64,000 nucleotides of DNA, from NCBI GenBank assembly GCA_031375385.1, contig JANMHS010000012.1, positions 1,691-65,690 of the forward strand. Reading direction: 5' to 3'. This document shows, piece by piece, positions 52,765-62,286 of this stretch. The notes beneath the pieces were generated by a model. That model ran no database searches and had not been told where the DNA came from. It saw only the letters and a program-made list of their open reading frames with translations. The position numbers were made by a program, and so were the translations under genes. Every line of letters starts with the position of its first letter. The first letter of the stretch is position 1. The DNA is from Synechococcales cyanobacterium OTE_70_metabat_200. GTDB taxonomy: Bacteria > Cyanobacteriota > Cyanobacteriia > Cyanobacteriales > Chamaesiphonaceae.

Positions 52765-53739
52765 ATGGATATCGAACAGCACTGCTTCAAGATCATTCAA
52801 TCACCTCGGATTCGCGATCGCATTATTATTCTATGCGAAGGTGACACCCTTGATCCTACTAGATTATCTCCCTCTGCCTATGCCAAAAACGAACATCTAC
52901 CCGATGCAAACTTTTACAAAGCCTGTCTGACACAACAATGGAGAAATCGGCTCCCTATTTTTGTCAACTCAGGTAGCCGATCGCAAGTCATCCAAACCTA
53001 CCAATCCATCACAGAAATTCATTCGCAGAATCCCGGAATCTCATATCTCACCCCGGACAAAGTCTTTGCACTCTTGGATATCGATTTGCAATCCGAAGAT
53101 CTGAGCGGTTACCTATTCGCTAGCATTGACGAAGCTTTCCAGGATTTATTTACCCATGGTCGGGTCAACATCGATCGCATCAAAGACCACAAAATCTGGT
53201 TTACAGGCTTCATTCACAAAGAAGCCTATTTCTTAGCTCCAGAGCTTCAGGAATTCTTCAATGACTTGAAAAGTGTCAGCCATGATGAAAACTGTGCCTA
53301 TCAAAATAACCCCTTGGATTTAAATGATATTTATCAACACATAGCCCAAGACATCAGCAAAGACAAAGATCTTGCCAATACCAGAAATTGGCCTCGGGCT
53401 AAAGATCGCATCAGGCATTGCAATGGGCTGGAACTCGATAGCCCAGAAAGACTACAACAATCTTGGCAAACTCAATGGTCAAAAGCAATACAAGATCCTG
53501 ATCGATTGCATCAACTCATTTATGCCTTGCTCTCCATCCGCAAAGCCAAACCCTACTGGGAGCAAATTCATCCAGGGGATGAACCATCAACAGAAAACTG
53601 CGAGGAAGATTGGCGATCGTTCCGAGAAGGTATTGCCCTAAAAATCGGTCGCCAATTTTACTCTCGTCAAGAAGGGAAGCCCCATCAGCACTTAGCTTGC
53701 TTTTTCAACTATCTCTATCAGCTAGAGCATGGTCAATAA
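52765..53739 (+). CDS. DUF4435/TOPRIM-like protein, AriB (PARIS)-like
   Basis: 324 aa starting 5 nt after the ATPase stop. The N-terminal TOPRIM-type Glu motif is IIILCEGDT, followed by PDANFYK, FVNSGSRSQV and the acidic motif ALLDIDLQ. This is the order expected for DUF4435. Confidence 0.6.
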   Translation: MDIEQHCFKIIQSPRIRDRIIILCEGDTLDPTRLSPSAYAKNEHLPDANFYKACLTQQWRNRLPIFVNSGSRSQVIQTYQSITEIHSQNPGISYLTPDKVFALLDIDLQSEDLSGYLFASIDEAFQDLFTHGRVNIDRIKDHKIWFTGFIHKEAYFLAPELQEFFNDLKSVSHDENCAYQNNPLDLNDIYQHIAQDISKDKDLANTRNWPRAKDRIRHCNGLELDSPERLQQSWQTQWSKAIQDPDRLHQLIYALLSIRKAKPYWEQIHPGDEPSTENCEEDWRSFREGIALKIGRQFYSRQEGKPHQHLACFFNYLYQLEHGQ

Positions 53740-53775
53740 TCTGGAATTTTCGACATAGGAGAAGAGCAGGTTAGT

Positions 53776-55365
53776 CTACGCTTCCGGACTAGTCGCCGGG
53801 CCTGACACATTAGGCTTGGTCTGTTCGGAGAGTCGCGATTCCGCCTCCGCTACCGGGCGATTCTCATAGTGAGAGGCTCCAGCCAGGTCAGCCCCATCCA
53901 ACAAGGGTTGCTCTGGCTGGATCTCCTGAGCCAGCTTAATCCGGCGAGTCCGGCCATACCAGCGCGGCGTAGCCAACCAGCCGATCGACATCAACGCCGC
54001 CAGCCCAATGATCGGTCCCCGGTATTGGCCCAGCAACCCAAAAACCGGCAGCACCAAGCCCACTAGAGCAGCCAGCGCCACATTGGCTGCTACCTGCCGC
54101 TGACGAGCCAAACCAATCCCCATCACAATTACCAGAGCAGTCAAACCCAACCACAGAGTTTGGGGAGTCAGATAAGGCAACACATAATCCGTGCGCATCA
54201 ACCGACTGCCATAGGTTAGGGCCGAAATCAAGGCCAAGAAGACTCCCGCGCTAGCCGTCATGTCCCGCAAGCCCAAAGGCATCGCCATGAGCAACAGGGC
54301 CAGCCACCAGAGCCAGAGCGCCGGAGCGATCGACAACAATCCAGGCAAAATACCCGCTTGCGGATCGGCCACCATCTTAGTGCCAGCCCCAAAGGGCCGA
54401 TCGACCGCAGCATTATCCCCAAAGACCCAAGTCAGCACCCTATTGCTACCCTTGTTCTCCACCTGAGTCGGCATCAGGCTCCCAATGCCATCCACATTCT
54501 TCAGGTTAGTCTCGATCGCCAATTGCAGTTTAGAAAGCAGTTGGCCCTGAGTGCGATAGAGCCAGCGGGGCGAACCTTGCCCCCGATAGTTGACCTGAAT
54601 TTGGCCCGTAGCACCGGGTGCTAGGGTGAGCGGGAAATTGTAATCGCTGCCCTGTTGGGGCAAGATCCGTTGGCCATCCTTTTGCACCGTAAAGTTTTCC
54701 ACCACCCCCAGACCTTGGGGTGGACGCATTTGCAAGAGTAGAGTGCTGTTGGCCGCAGCGCTAGCCGTATTCTTGATTTGATAATTACCGGCAAAGTCAA
54801 TCTCCGCCAGATTCCTGTTCTCAGTGGCAATCATCTTCAGGCGCAGGTTAGAAGCACTGGGCAACATGATTTTCTTCACGGCCTTGCTGTCTTGGACTTT
54901 CACTAACTTGCCATCGAGCTGGGTGTTGTAGCTATAGGGTTCCGTAGCCGTGTACTCAATTTGGGGAGCAGCCTGCTCGATCGCGCTAGTGACCACCGGG
55001 CCACCAAATCTAGTCTGTTCCCAAACTTGGTAACGATTAGCCAAGGTACCACAGCAGAGGAACAGTCCGACGCTGAGGATAGCAATGAGAGCAGCAGTTT
55101 GCAGCAGTTGCAGCAGCTCCGTATAGCGAATCGTCCAGCGATCGAGCACGACCACTGCAGAAACTTGCTTGGGCTTGAGGCCAAAATTGATCAAGGCCAA
55201 GGCCATGCCTAGGCCGATCACCAGCAGAGCCAATACCACCAGCCCCAGGCCGAAGCTGCTGGCGATCGAAATCAGTTGGTTGGTTTGGGTGAGGTCTGGC
55301 AACTTTGGCAGACTGATGGCTGGCAAAGCCAGAGACCAAACTCTAGCGGTAAATACAATTGGCAT
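53776..55365 (-). CDS. Polytopic membrane protein with a large extracytoplasmic domain, hypothetical
   Basis: 529 aa ORF with N-terminal TMs, a soluble middle region of about 230 aa and several C-terminal TMs. No family was recognised. Confidence 0.6.
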   Translation of the reverse strand: MPIVFTARVWSLALPAISLPKLPDLTQTNQLISIASSFGLGLVVLALLVIGLGMALALINFGLKPKQVSAVVVLDRWTIRYTELLQLLQTAALIAILSVGLFLCCGTLANRYQVWEQTRFGGPVVTSAIEQAAPQIEYTATEPYSYNTQLDGKLVKVQDSKAVKKIMLPSASNLRLKMIATENRNLAEIDFAGNYQIKNTASAAANSTLLLQMRPPQGLGVVENFTVQKDGQRILPQQGSDYNFPLTLAPGATGQIQVNYRGQGSPRWLYRTQGQLLSKLQLAIETNLKNVDGIGSLMPTQVENKGSNRVLTWVFGDNAAVDRPFGAGTKMVADPQAGILPGLLSIAPALWLWWLALLLMAMPLGLRDMTASAGVFLALISALTYGSRLMRTDYVLPYLTPQTLWLGLTALVIVMGIGLARQRQVAANVALAALVGLVLPVFGLLGQYRGPIIGLAALMSIGWLATPRWYGRTRRIKLAQEIQPEQPLLDGADLAGASHYENRPVAEAESRLSEQTKPNVSGPATSPEA

Positions 55366-55435
55366 AACTAATTTACAAAATTCGCTGTTTGTTTGGAAAA
55401 ATAGGATCTAGGTAACCACAAAGTTCTACAAGAAC

Positions 55436-56272
55436 TTAATCGATGGTCGTAATATGATAACTGCCAAAAGACTTAATTTTCTCTACACAAGTCGTCAGCT
55501 CTTGTACAACCTCCGCTAGGAGCGGCTCGCTGCCATTAGCTTCGATATCCACAAAGAATAGATATTCCCCCAGAGAGCGCTTCGTAGGTCGGGATTCGAT
55601 CCGGCTAAGATTGATATTACGGCGGGCAAACTGCTCCAAGGCGGCCAGGAGTGCACCGGGCCGATTGGCCGGCAGGGTAAAAACCAGCGATGTATGGGTA
55701 CCAATGGTGGCCGGTGGGTAGCCCAGAACTAAGAAGCGCGTTTGGTTGTCTGGTTGGTCGCCGATCGGGCCAGCCAAGACCGGCAATCCGTAAAGCTGGG
55801 CAGCACGGGGTGAAGAAATGGCCGCTGCCTTGGGCAGCTCGCCTAGGTGGGCCAGAATTTCCGTGGTGGAGTTAGTGGAAATCCGTTGGGCCTCTGGCAG
55901 GTGCCGATCGAGCCACCATTGGCATTGACCAAGAGCTTGGGGATGGGAATAGACCTTTTGGATTTGGCTGAAATCCTGGGCTAAGGTGACTAACTGGTGC
56001 TCGATCGACAATACCAATGCGCGCTGAATCTGCAAATCTTGAGTGGATCGCCAGAGACTATCGAGGGTAGTGTTCACACTGCCTTCTAGGGAATTTTCCA
56101 CCGGCACTACGGCCAGATCTACTTGACCCGCTTCTAGGGCCTCGATCGCTTGGGGAATAGTGGGATAGGGACACAGCTCAGCATCCAGCTGAGTGGATTC
56201 TATGTAGGCGATGGTGGCAGTCTCTGCATAGGTGCCAGCGGGGCCGAGATGAGCAATTGTCAAAGAAGCCAT
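55436..56272 (-). CDS. pheA: Prephenate dehydratase
   Basis: It has a PDT domain (IAHLGPAGTYAE...VPVENSLEGSV) and a C-terminal ACT domain (TSLVFTLPANRPGALLAALEQFARRNINLSRIESRP). The start is set at MASLTIAHLG. Confidence 0.9.
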   Translation of the reverse strand: MASLTIAHLGPAGTYAETATIAYIESTQLDAELCPYPTIPQAIEALEAGQVDLAVVPVENSLEGSVNTTLDSLWRSTQDLQIQRALVLSIEHQLVTLAQDFSQIQKVYSHPQALGQCQWWLDRHLPEAQRISTNSTTEILAHLGELPKAAAISSPRAAQLYGLPVLAGPIGDQPDNQTRFLVLGYPPATIGTHTSLVFTLPANRPGALLAALEQFARRNINLSRIESRPTKRSLGEYLFFVDIEANGSEPLLAEVVQELTTCVEKIKSFGSYHITTID

Positions 56273-56394
56273 AATTTTAAAATGGTAGTCTAGAATACTA
56301 TCATAGCTGGTCATTGGCTATTCGGCGCTGTTCAGAGCACTGACGATTGGGTTAAAATAGTCAGCAGACCGATCGGAGATCCCGCACCGCGAAC

Positions 56395-56970
56395 ATGCAA
56401 GTCGAATTCATTGCCCACCAGTCTTTAGAATTGACCGTAGCCGAGCATGGAGTGCCCATTAGTCACTATCTGCGCCAACCCCGCAGGTTGGTCAATGCCC
56501 TGGTCGATCCCAGCCAGATCGAGTATTTGGGCGAACAGCTCTTTTGTCTGAAGATGCGCCCCATTAATTTTCTCCACATTACACTACAGCCCATGGTACA
56601 GATGCAAGTCTGGGCAGAGACCGATGGCACCCTCTATATCCGTTCCACCGCCTGCGAAATTCGGGGTGTGGACTACATTGATCGACGCTTTCATCTGGAT
56701 TTAGTGGGTAAGCTAGTACCAACCAGTGTGCTGGGGAAATCTGATCTGCAAGGTCGGGCCGATCTGAGCGTGCAGGTAGATCTGCCACCGGCCTTTTGGT
56801 TTACGCCCAAGCCAATCCTAGAGGCCGCTGGTAATGGTTTACTCCGCAGTGTTTTGATGACGGTGAAGCAAAGACTGACCCACCAGCTACTAGTAGACTA
56901 TAGCCAGTGGGCGCAAAACATTTCTCAACCGGATTTAGCAGCCGAAGCCCCACTCCACAAGCCAGTCTGA
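56395..56970 (+). CDS. DUF1997-family protein
   Basis: 191 aa. The pattern ...VPISHYLRQPRRLVNAL.DPSQIE.LG...F.L.MRP..F..... matches the family conserved in cyanobacteria and plastids. The assignment is from memory. Confidence 0.6.
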   Translation: MQVEFIAHQSLELTVAEHGVPISHYLRQPRRLVNALVDPSQIEYLGEQLFCLKMRPINFLHITLQPMVQMQVWAETDGTLYIRSTACEIRGVDYIDRRFHLDLVGKLVPTSVLGKSDLQGRADLSVQVDLPPAFWFTPKPILEAAGNGLLRSVLMTVKQRLTHQLLVDYSQWAQNISQPDLAAEAPLHKPV

Positions 56971-57023
56971 GCTACGGATACTGACGAACTTAGATTTATC
57001 CCGAGGAGCTAATCTCAACCCTT

Positions 57024-57506
57024 ATGAAAGAACCCAAAGATAAAAGTATTTCTTACCTTTTCTGGATCGCTGGTTGCGTGGGTTGCTGTGGTCTGCAACG
57101 CATTTATTTGGGTCGCTATTTTACAGGGGTGCTGTATCTAGCGACTGGTGGCTGCCTGGGCATCGGTCAGTTGCTGGACTTGTTCCTGATCCCAGGAATG
57201 GTAGATGAAGAGAACCTGAAGTATCTGGCGCTCAGCGGTGGAGTTGGTTATGGGCCTTCTTTCCAAGGTCAGAATCCCATAGTAATGGTTAATCGAGTCC
57301 AACTTCCGGCGCGGACAGAATCAATGGAAGTTTCCATTTTACGGATCTGCCGCGATCGAGGCGAAGCCACCCTTAGTGACTGCGTGATCGATACCGGTGC
57401 AGAGATCAAAGAGGTCAAGGCGGTAATCCGTAATCTGATCCATGAAGATCTTCTGCAAATCCACAATCGTGATTCTGACGGCTCTGTGGTCTACAAGGCT
57501 GTTTAG
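57024..57506 (+). CDS. TM2-domain protein
   Basis: YLFWIAGCVGCCGLQRIYLGRYFTGVLYLATGGCLGIGQLLDLFLIPGMV is a classic TM2 two-helix motif. Confidence 0.8.
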   Translation: MKEPKDKSISYLFWIAGCVGCCGLQRIYLGRYFTGVLYLATGGCLGIGQLLDLFLIPGMVDEENLKYLALSGGVGYGPSFQGQNPIVMVNRVQLPARTESMEVSILRICRDRGEATLSDCVIDTGAEIKEVKAVIRNLIHEDLLQIHNRDSDGSVVYKAV

Positions 57507-57610
57507 AAGCGGGCTGTGGTTGTTTTGGTGCTCGCTCCAGAATGTGTCACAATAGGGGCGCTGTCCAAGCAGCCCAGATAATATTTAGTTCGCCAAACCA
57601 GGGGTAAACT

Positions 57611-58408
57611 TTGCGCAAGTCCCATCCTGCCGGTCGCAGCCGCAACGCGGCTCAGTCTGTAGATGATATTCCGATCGCCCAGCGCGATCGCTTCACCCCA
57701 GCGGTCACCACCATGACCGGCCTGCGTCGCCAGCGGAACCACATGGCGCGGGCCATGTTTCTCACCCTGGGAATTGCGCTGTCATCCTTAGTAGCCCTAG
57801 CTTTCTTCTACTTTAGTCGCGGGCCAGAGTCGAACAATCTCGTAGCCAGCAGCAATGGAGCGGTGGCGACCGTTGAGGATAGCGGTGCGGTGTTAGGGCA
57901 TTTCCGCTACGCAGAAGCTCCCGCTCCGGAACTGAAGTCCATTGGGGGCAGCTTCAAGCTGCGATCGACGGCGGCCAATAAGTTCCAGGCCATGGTCACG
58001 GCGGCTCGATCGGCTGGGGTGAACATCACTACGATTTCGGCTTTTCGCTCGGTGGCCGAGCAACAGCACTTATTTTTTGATGTGAAGGCCGAACGAGCAC
58101 AGGTGACGACGAAGCGGGCCGAAGTCAGCGCGCCGCCTCACCACAGCGAGCACCATACGGGCTATGCGGTAGACTTGGGCGATGGCAATGCCCCGAAAGC
58201 CAATTTGAACCGGGGCTTCGACCAGACAGCGGCCTACAAATGGCTACAGGCCAATGGAGCCCGCTATAGCTTCGAGCTATCTTTTCCCCAAGACAATGCC
58301 CAGGGGGTCAGCTACGAGCCGTGGCACTGGCGCTACGTGGGTGACAGCAATAGTTTGGAAACTTTTTATAAGGCCCGCAAAAATCAACCTTCAGCCAACC
58401 CTCAATGA
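57611..58408 (+). CDS. D-alanyl-D-alanine carboxypeptidase, VanY/peptidase M15B family
   Basis: The motifs are SAFRSVAEQQHLF, SEHHTGYAVDL and EPWHWRYVG (Zn ligands H-D-H). The start is uncertain; internal Mets at the TM segment are possible. Confidence 0.85.
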   Translation: MRKSHPAGRSRNAAQSVDDIPIAQRDRFTPAVTTMTGLRRQRNHMARAMFLTLGIALSSLVALAFFYFSRGPESNNLVASSNGAVATVEDSGAVLGHFRYAEAPAPELKSIGGSFKLRSTAANKFQAMVTAARSAGVNITTISAFRSVAEQQHLFFDVKAERAQVTTKRAEVSAPPHHSEHHTGYAVDLGDGNAPKANLNRGFDQTAAYKWLQANGARYSFELSFPQDNAQGVSYEPWHWRYVGDSNSLETFYKARKNQPSANPQ

Positions 58409-58414
58409 TTTCTT

Positions 58415-59092
58415 ATGTCTTCGCCCAACCCCAGTAAAGACATTGCGCTCAATATTGTGGCACTGTCAGTGTTTACTATATCCATCACTAGTTTGGTAGG
58501 GCCATTGGTGAATGTTTCGCCGCTGCTGCCTTCGGGGTTCTTGTTTGGATTATTAGTGCTGACTTGCTTGGACAGCTTTTATTACCAGAGTCGGGGTGCA
58601 GATTTGGTGGTGGATTCGATCGCCCGACGGAATCCAGCCTACGTACGGCGGGTGGTTTACCACGAGGCCGGACATTTCCTGGTGGCCCAATTAGGGCAGA
58701 TCCCGGTGACGGGCTATGCCTTGAGTGCTTGGGAGGCTTGGCAGCAGGGGCAAACCGGGCGCGGCGGCGTGGCTTTTGTACCCCCACCAGATGTACTGAC
58801 GGCCAGCCAACTGGATGCCTATTGCATGGTCTGGATGGCCGGGGTGGCAGCAGAGCAATTAATCTATGGAGATAGTCAGGGCGGATCGGATGATCGGCTG
58901 AAGTTACGGGGCATGTTAAAACTAGCGGGCTTCGATGTGGCCGGTCGGCGACGGGCCGAAGATATGGCTCTGATCAAGGCCAAACAACAGTTGGTAGCCC
59001 ATCGCCCGATCCTAGATGCCCTGGCGACTGCCTTAGAAGACCGCAAATCGATCGAGCAATGCCGTCAACTAATTGTCCATGACCGACTTTAA
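58415..59092 (+). CDS. Membrane protein with an FtsH-like M41 metalloprotease domain and no AAA module
   Basis: 225 aa with two N-terminal TMs and the HEXXH site VVYHEAGHFLVA, followed by ..AGVAAEQLIYG....GGSDDR. Confidence 0.65.
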   Translation: MSSPNPSKDIALNIVALSVFTISITSLVGPLVNVSPLLPSGFLFGLLVLTCLDSFYYQSRGADLVVDSIARRNPAYVRRVVYHEAGHFLVAQLGQIPVTGYALSAWEAWQQGQTGRGGVAFVPPPDVLTASQLDAYCMVWMAGVAAEQLIYGDSQGGSDDRLKLRGMLKLAGFDVAGRRRAEDMALIKAKQQLVAHRPILDALATALEDRKSIEQCRQLIVHDRL

Positions 59093-60662
59093 TCCCCGCC
59101 AAGTCTTTTTTTCCTACCTTCGTGCCCAGGCTCCCAAGCTAGATCCTAAGCTCTTTCGGGCCCTGGAGAACAGTTTGGATGGATGCAATTGGGACGATCC
59201 CCAGAATGCTTGGGAATGGAATAATTTGGCGGTGGCGGCTTTGGTGGAGGCCGAGAACAGTACTAATAGCCTGACTCGCGGTCTCTACATCGAAATGGCT
59301 TTTAATGCTTTGCATAGTGGAGTAGAGCTGGGCGACTATCCTCTTTGCCAAGCTCACTTGGCTTTGTTATATAACAGCTTAGGAGATTTTGAAACTGCTG
59401 CTGACTTGGCTTTCAATTGTCTATTAGAGACTTTGCATCCTACCTATACGGATAGTGAGGCACCCCAGGGAATTATTTATCTACCCCAGACCCAAAGTGG
59501 TGAAGACCTAGGGGAGCAGCGTCGGTCATATTTGCTCCAGATTCTCGGTCAGGAAAATGGTTATTGGCAGGCGCTCTATTTGTTAGGAGAAGCCCTTTGC
59601 CGTACCCAGTTGATCGTAGACAATCCCCATGGGCTGAGACTGTTGCATTTATTGGTGCAAATGTTGCCCAGTAGCTTTCAGGGGAATTTACACCTGGGAA
59701 TCCACTCGATCGGTTTGCAGGAATTAGAGGGTTTACTATATTTGCATCGCGCTCAAGAGCTGGTCTTGGATGCTCCAATGGCTCTCCATGCTCTGTATCT
59801 GGCCTATGAGGAGCTGGAAAATCCGGCAGCCAGCCAGCATTGGCTGGAAACGGCTCGGGATTACGGCGCACAGCGGGCCGATCGGCGACCTTGGCAATGG
59901 ACTAGTTTGGTGGAGGATACGGGGTTTACCTGCGTGCCTTTCGATGGAGGGGTAATGGCGATCGAACCCAGTCTGCGCAGCTTGAGTACCCGCTCCCTGT
60001 TGACTACGGGAGATTGGTACGAGCAGGAGTTGGAGCTGTGGCGGCAGGAAATGGAGCCGGGAATGACCGCGATCGATGTGGGGGCTAGTGTGGGTGTTTT
60101 TGCACTCAGTGCAGCTCAACGGGTGGGCAAGACGGGCCGGGTCATTGCGATCGAACCTAGTAGTTTCCATGTGGCTTGCTTGAAGGAGAGCGCCCAGTTG
60201 AATGGCTATGATTGGCTAGAGGTCTTTGGCGGAGCGGCGAGCGATCAACTGGGCCAGATGAATCTCTATCTCCAATCCCCGGCGGAGTTCCATCAAGTGC
60301 TGGGGGTGGGTATCGAGCAGCCCGATTGGGCCGGGGAAGTGGAGACGGTGCGGGCTTTTAAGCTAGATGCTTTGATTGCCCAGAGCAATCTGCAACGGCT
60401 GGATTTTTTAAAGGTGTCGGTAGTAGGTCATGAATTGGCGGTGCTGCGGGGCTGTCAGCGGTCGATCGAGATTTTTCATCCGCAGATTTTCTATCAAAAT
60501 TTGTTTAATGGAGAACCAAATATTGAGGTGGCCGATTTCCTTACTGGTTTGGGTTATGAGCTGTTTCGATATCGTCCCTATGTGCGGGAGCTGGTCCCGA
60601 TCGGGAATGCGGAAGATCTGAACAGCGTAGTTAAGGCGATCGCCAGACCTCCCATGATTTAG
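59073..60662 (+). CDS. FkbM-family methyltransferase with an N-terminal helical (TPR-like) domain
   Basis: The C-terminal SAM-binding motif is AIDVGASVGVFALSAAQRVGKTGRVIAIEP, followed by ..LDFLKVSVVGHELAVLRG. The N-terminal roughly 280 aa is helical. Confidence 0.75.
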   Translation: MSMTDFNPRQVFFSYLRAQAPKLDPKLFRALENSLDGCNWDDPQNAWEWNNLAVAALVEAENSTNSLTRGLYIEMAFNALHSGVELGDYPLCQAHLALLYNSLGDFETAADLAFNCLLETLHPTYTDSEAPQGIIYLPQTQSGEDLGEQRRSYLLQILGQENGYWQALYLLGEALCRTQLIVDNPHGLRLLHLLVQMLPSSFQGNLHLGIHSIGLQELEGLLYLHRAQELVLDAPMALHALYLAYEELENPAASQHWLETARDYGAQRADRRPWQWTSLVEDTGFTCVPFDGGVMAIEPSLRSLSTRSLLTTGDWYEQELELWRQEMEPGMTAIDVGASVGVFALSAAQRVGKTGRVIAIEPSSFHVACLKESAQLNGYDWLEVFGGAASDQLGQMNLYLQSPAEFHQVLGVGIEQPDWAGEVETVRAFKLDALIAQSNLQRLDFLKVSVVGHELAVLRGCQRSIEIFHPQIFYQNLFNGEPNIEVADFLTGLGYELFRYRPYVRELVPIGNAEDLNSVVKAIARPPMI

Positions 60663-60759
60663 TGATTTCATAATCTCAACTTAACCTTTCGCTAATAATA
60701 TAGGCAATGGTGGCTGGAAATAATTGCGAGAAAATTGTTAAACCGCTGGCTTACATCGG

Positions 60760-61452
60760 ATGTTAGGCTGTGGCAATTTTGCTCAGTGGTTTCCAATAAT
60801 TTTAATCATTTGTATGTTTAATAAATTTGATCGGGTCGATCGGGCCGAAAATTCCGGGTCTTGGATGAATTTCATGCGGCCATCGGTAATTGTGGCTCTT
60901 GGGTTGCACGCGCTGCTCCTACTGATTCCAATCTCCGGCAGCCAGACAACCACCGATAATGCTCAGAAGGCCGACCAACCAAAAGTAACGGAAAGTCCTG
61001 TAGCAGCCATTCCCAGTGAATCCGTACCGAGTCCCTCAGCATCCCTGCCGGGGCCATCACCGACGGTTACGGCCAGTGCAAAGCTTTCCCCCAGCCCTTC
61101 CCCGGCTGCATCCACTTCATCTTCATCGCCATCCCCATCGGCTACCAATAAGCCAGAGCTGAAAGTTCTACCAAAGGCAATTCCTAGTGTCATCAAGTCC
61201 GGGACTAAAACTACCTCGCCTAGCCCCACGGCCACGACTAGCCCTAAAAATACCTCAGCCGGTCCTAGTAGTACGACTCAGCCTGCCACCATTTCACCCA
61301 GTCCCCAGGAAAAGTCTCTATCGGCAACCGCTGCACCCAGCCCCAGCGAGTCGCCATCTGCGTCACCAACAACTTCACCTAGCGCCAGTGAGTCGCCATC
61401 TGCGTCACCAACAACCTCGCCCCAGCCCAGCAAAAAGACTAAACGCAAATAA
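60760..61452 (+). CDS. Pro/Ser/Thr-rich membrane-anchored protein
   Basis: It has one TM (PSVIVALGLHALLLLIPI) followed by a PST-rich low-complexity tail of about 170 aa. The tail contains a 42-nt tandem duplication (61348..61373 and 61390..61415). The start is uncertain. Confidence 0.5.
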   Translation: MLGCGNFAQWFPIILIICMFNKFDRVDRAENSGSWMNFMRPSVIVALGLHALLLLIPISGSQTTTDNAQKADQPKVTESPVAAIPSESVPSPSASLPGPSPTVTASAKLSPSPSPAASTSSSSPSPSATNKPELKVLPKAIPSVIKSGTKTTSPSPTATTSPKNTSAGPSSTTQPATISPSPQEKSLSATAAPSPSESPSASPTTSPSASESPSASPTTSPQPSKKTKRK

Positions 61453-61497
61453 TCGATCGCACATCCTCATAAATCGATCAAACAATTTTTACTGTTT

Positions 61498-61788
61498 CTA
61501 ATAAACATGGTCATGAGTGCCAACATCAATCAAAACAATGGCCTCTAGATCGGTATTGACATCCTCAACTTTTTCGATGGAAAAAACAATTCTACAGTCG
61601 TAGCCACAAGAACATGCTCGCGTGCCAGCTAACTTTCCAACTAGTTTATGTGTTTCTAATTCAGGTGCGAAAACATCCAATTGCATCTGGAGTAAAGTTT
61701 CTTCAATACGCTGTTGAAGCTCGGGGTTTCTTTTTGCAAATTTCCGAAATGCTCTTTGGAATTTGGGGGTCAGAACTAGCTCTCTCAT
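61498..61788 (-). CDS. RelE/YafQ-family type II toxin
   Basis: 96 aa: ...PKFQRAFRKFAKRNPELQQRIEETL......HKL.G.L.G.RACS.GYDCRIVF.......VLIDVGTHDHVY. It overlaps the upstream gene by 4 nt. Confidence 0.8.
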   Translation of the reverse strand: MRELVLTPKFQRAFRKFAKRNPELQQRIEETLLQMQLDVFAPELETHKLVGKLAGTRACSCGYDCRIVFSIEKVEDVNTDLEAIVLIDVGTHDHVY

Positions 61789-62015
61789 TCGTCTAGGTCG
61801 TTATGAAGAGAGTGGCGAAGCTCAGCAATGACAGCCTCGGCAGATTGGGACTTTAGTTTGCCCGCTTTGAAAGCAGCGATCGATTCTTTGGCATCTTTGG
61901 CAATTTCATCTCGGCTGGCTTCGATATGTCGCTGGCGCAAGATTTCGATTAATAATTCTTGCTGATCTAGGGAAAGTTGCATGACTGTTTCTAATGCCAG
62001 ATCGAGTGTGGTCAT
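61785..62015 (-). CDS. Putative cognate antitoxin
   Basis: It is a small helical acidic protein. The ATG at 62015 is preceded by GGTGA 5 nt upstream, and its stop overlaps the toxin start (ATGA-type overlap). The ORF track start is 62087. Confidence 0.6.
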   Translation of the reverse strand: MTTLDLALETVMQLSLDQQELLIEILRQRHIEASRDEIAKDAKESIAAFKAGKLKSQSAEAVIAELRHSLHNDLDE

Positions 62016-62286
62016 AATATCACCTAGGCGGGCTAACATATTGCGATCAATTACATCTATTTTATCATTTTCCTGGGATTTGATCAACCGCTCTTACACA
62101 TGTGACGCCAGTGCATTCAGTAAATCGGTCTGTTACCCAAATTTCCTCGAAAATAGTTCCCAGAACCTGCTCTCATCAATGAAAAACGTTATTCCAAAAG
62201 AGCTGCACCCTTCTTGATTCTATCGAGCACAGCGAAAGCCACATCAAAATGCTTATCCAATAGCAGCAACGTTTCATTATTCATAA

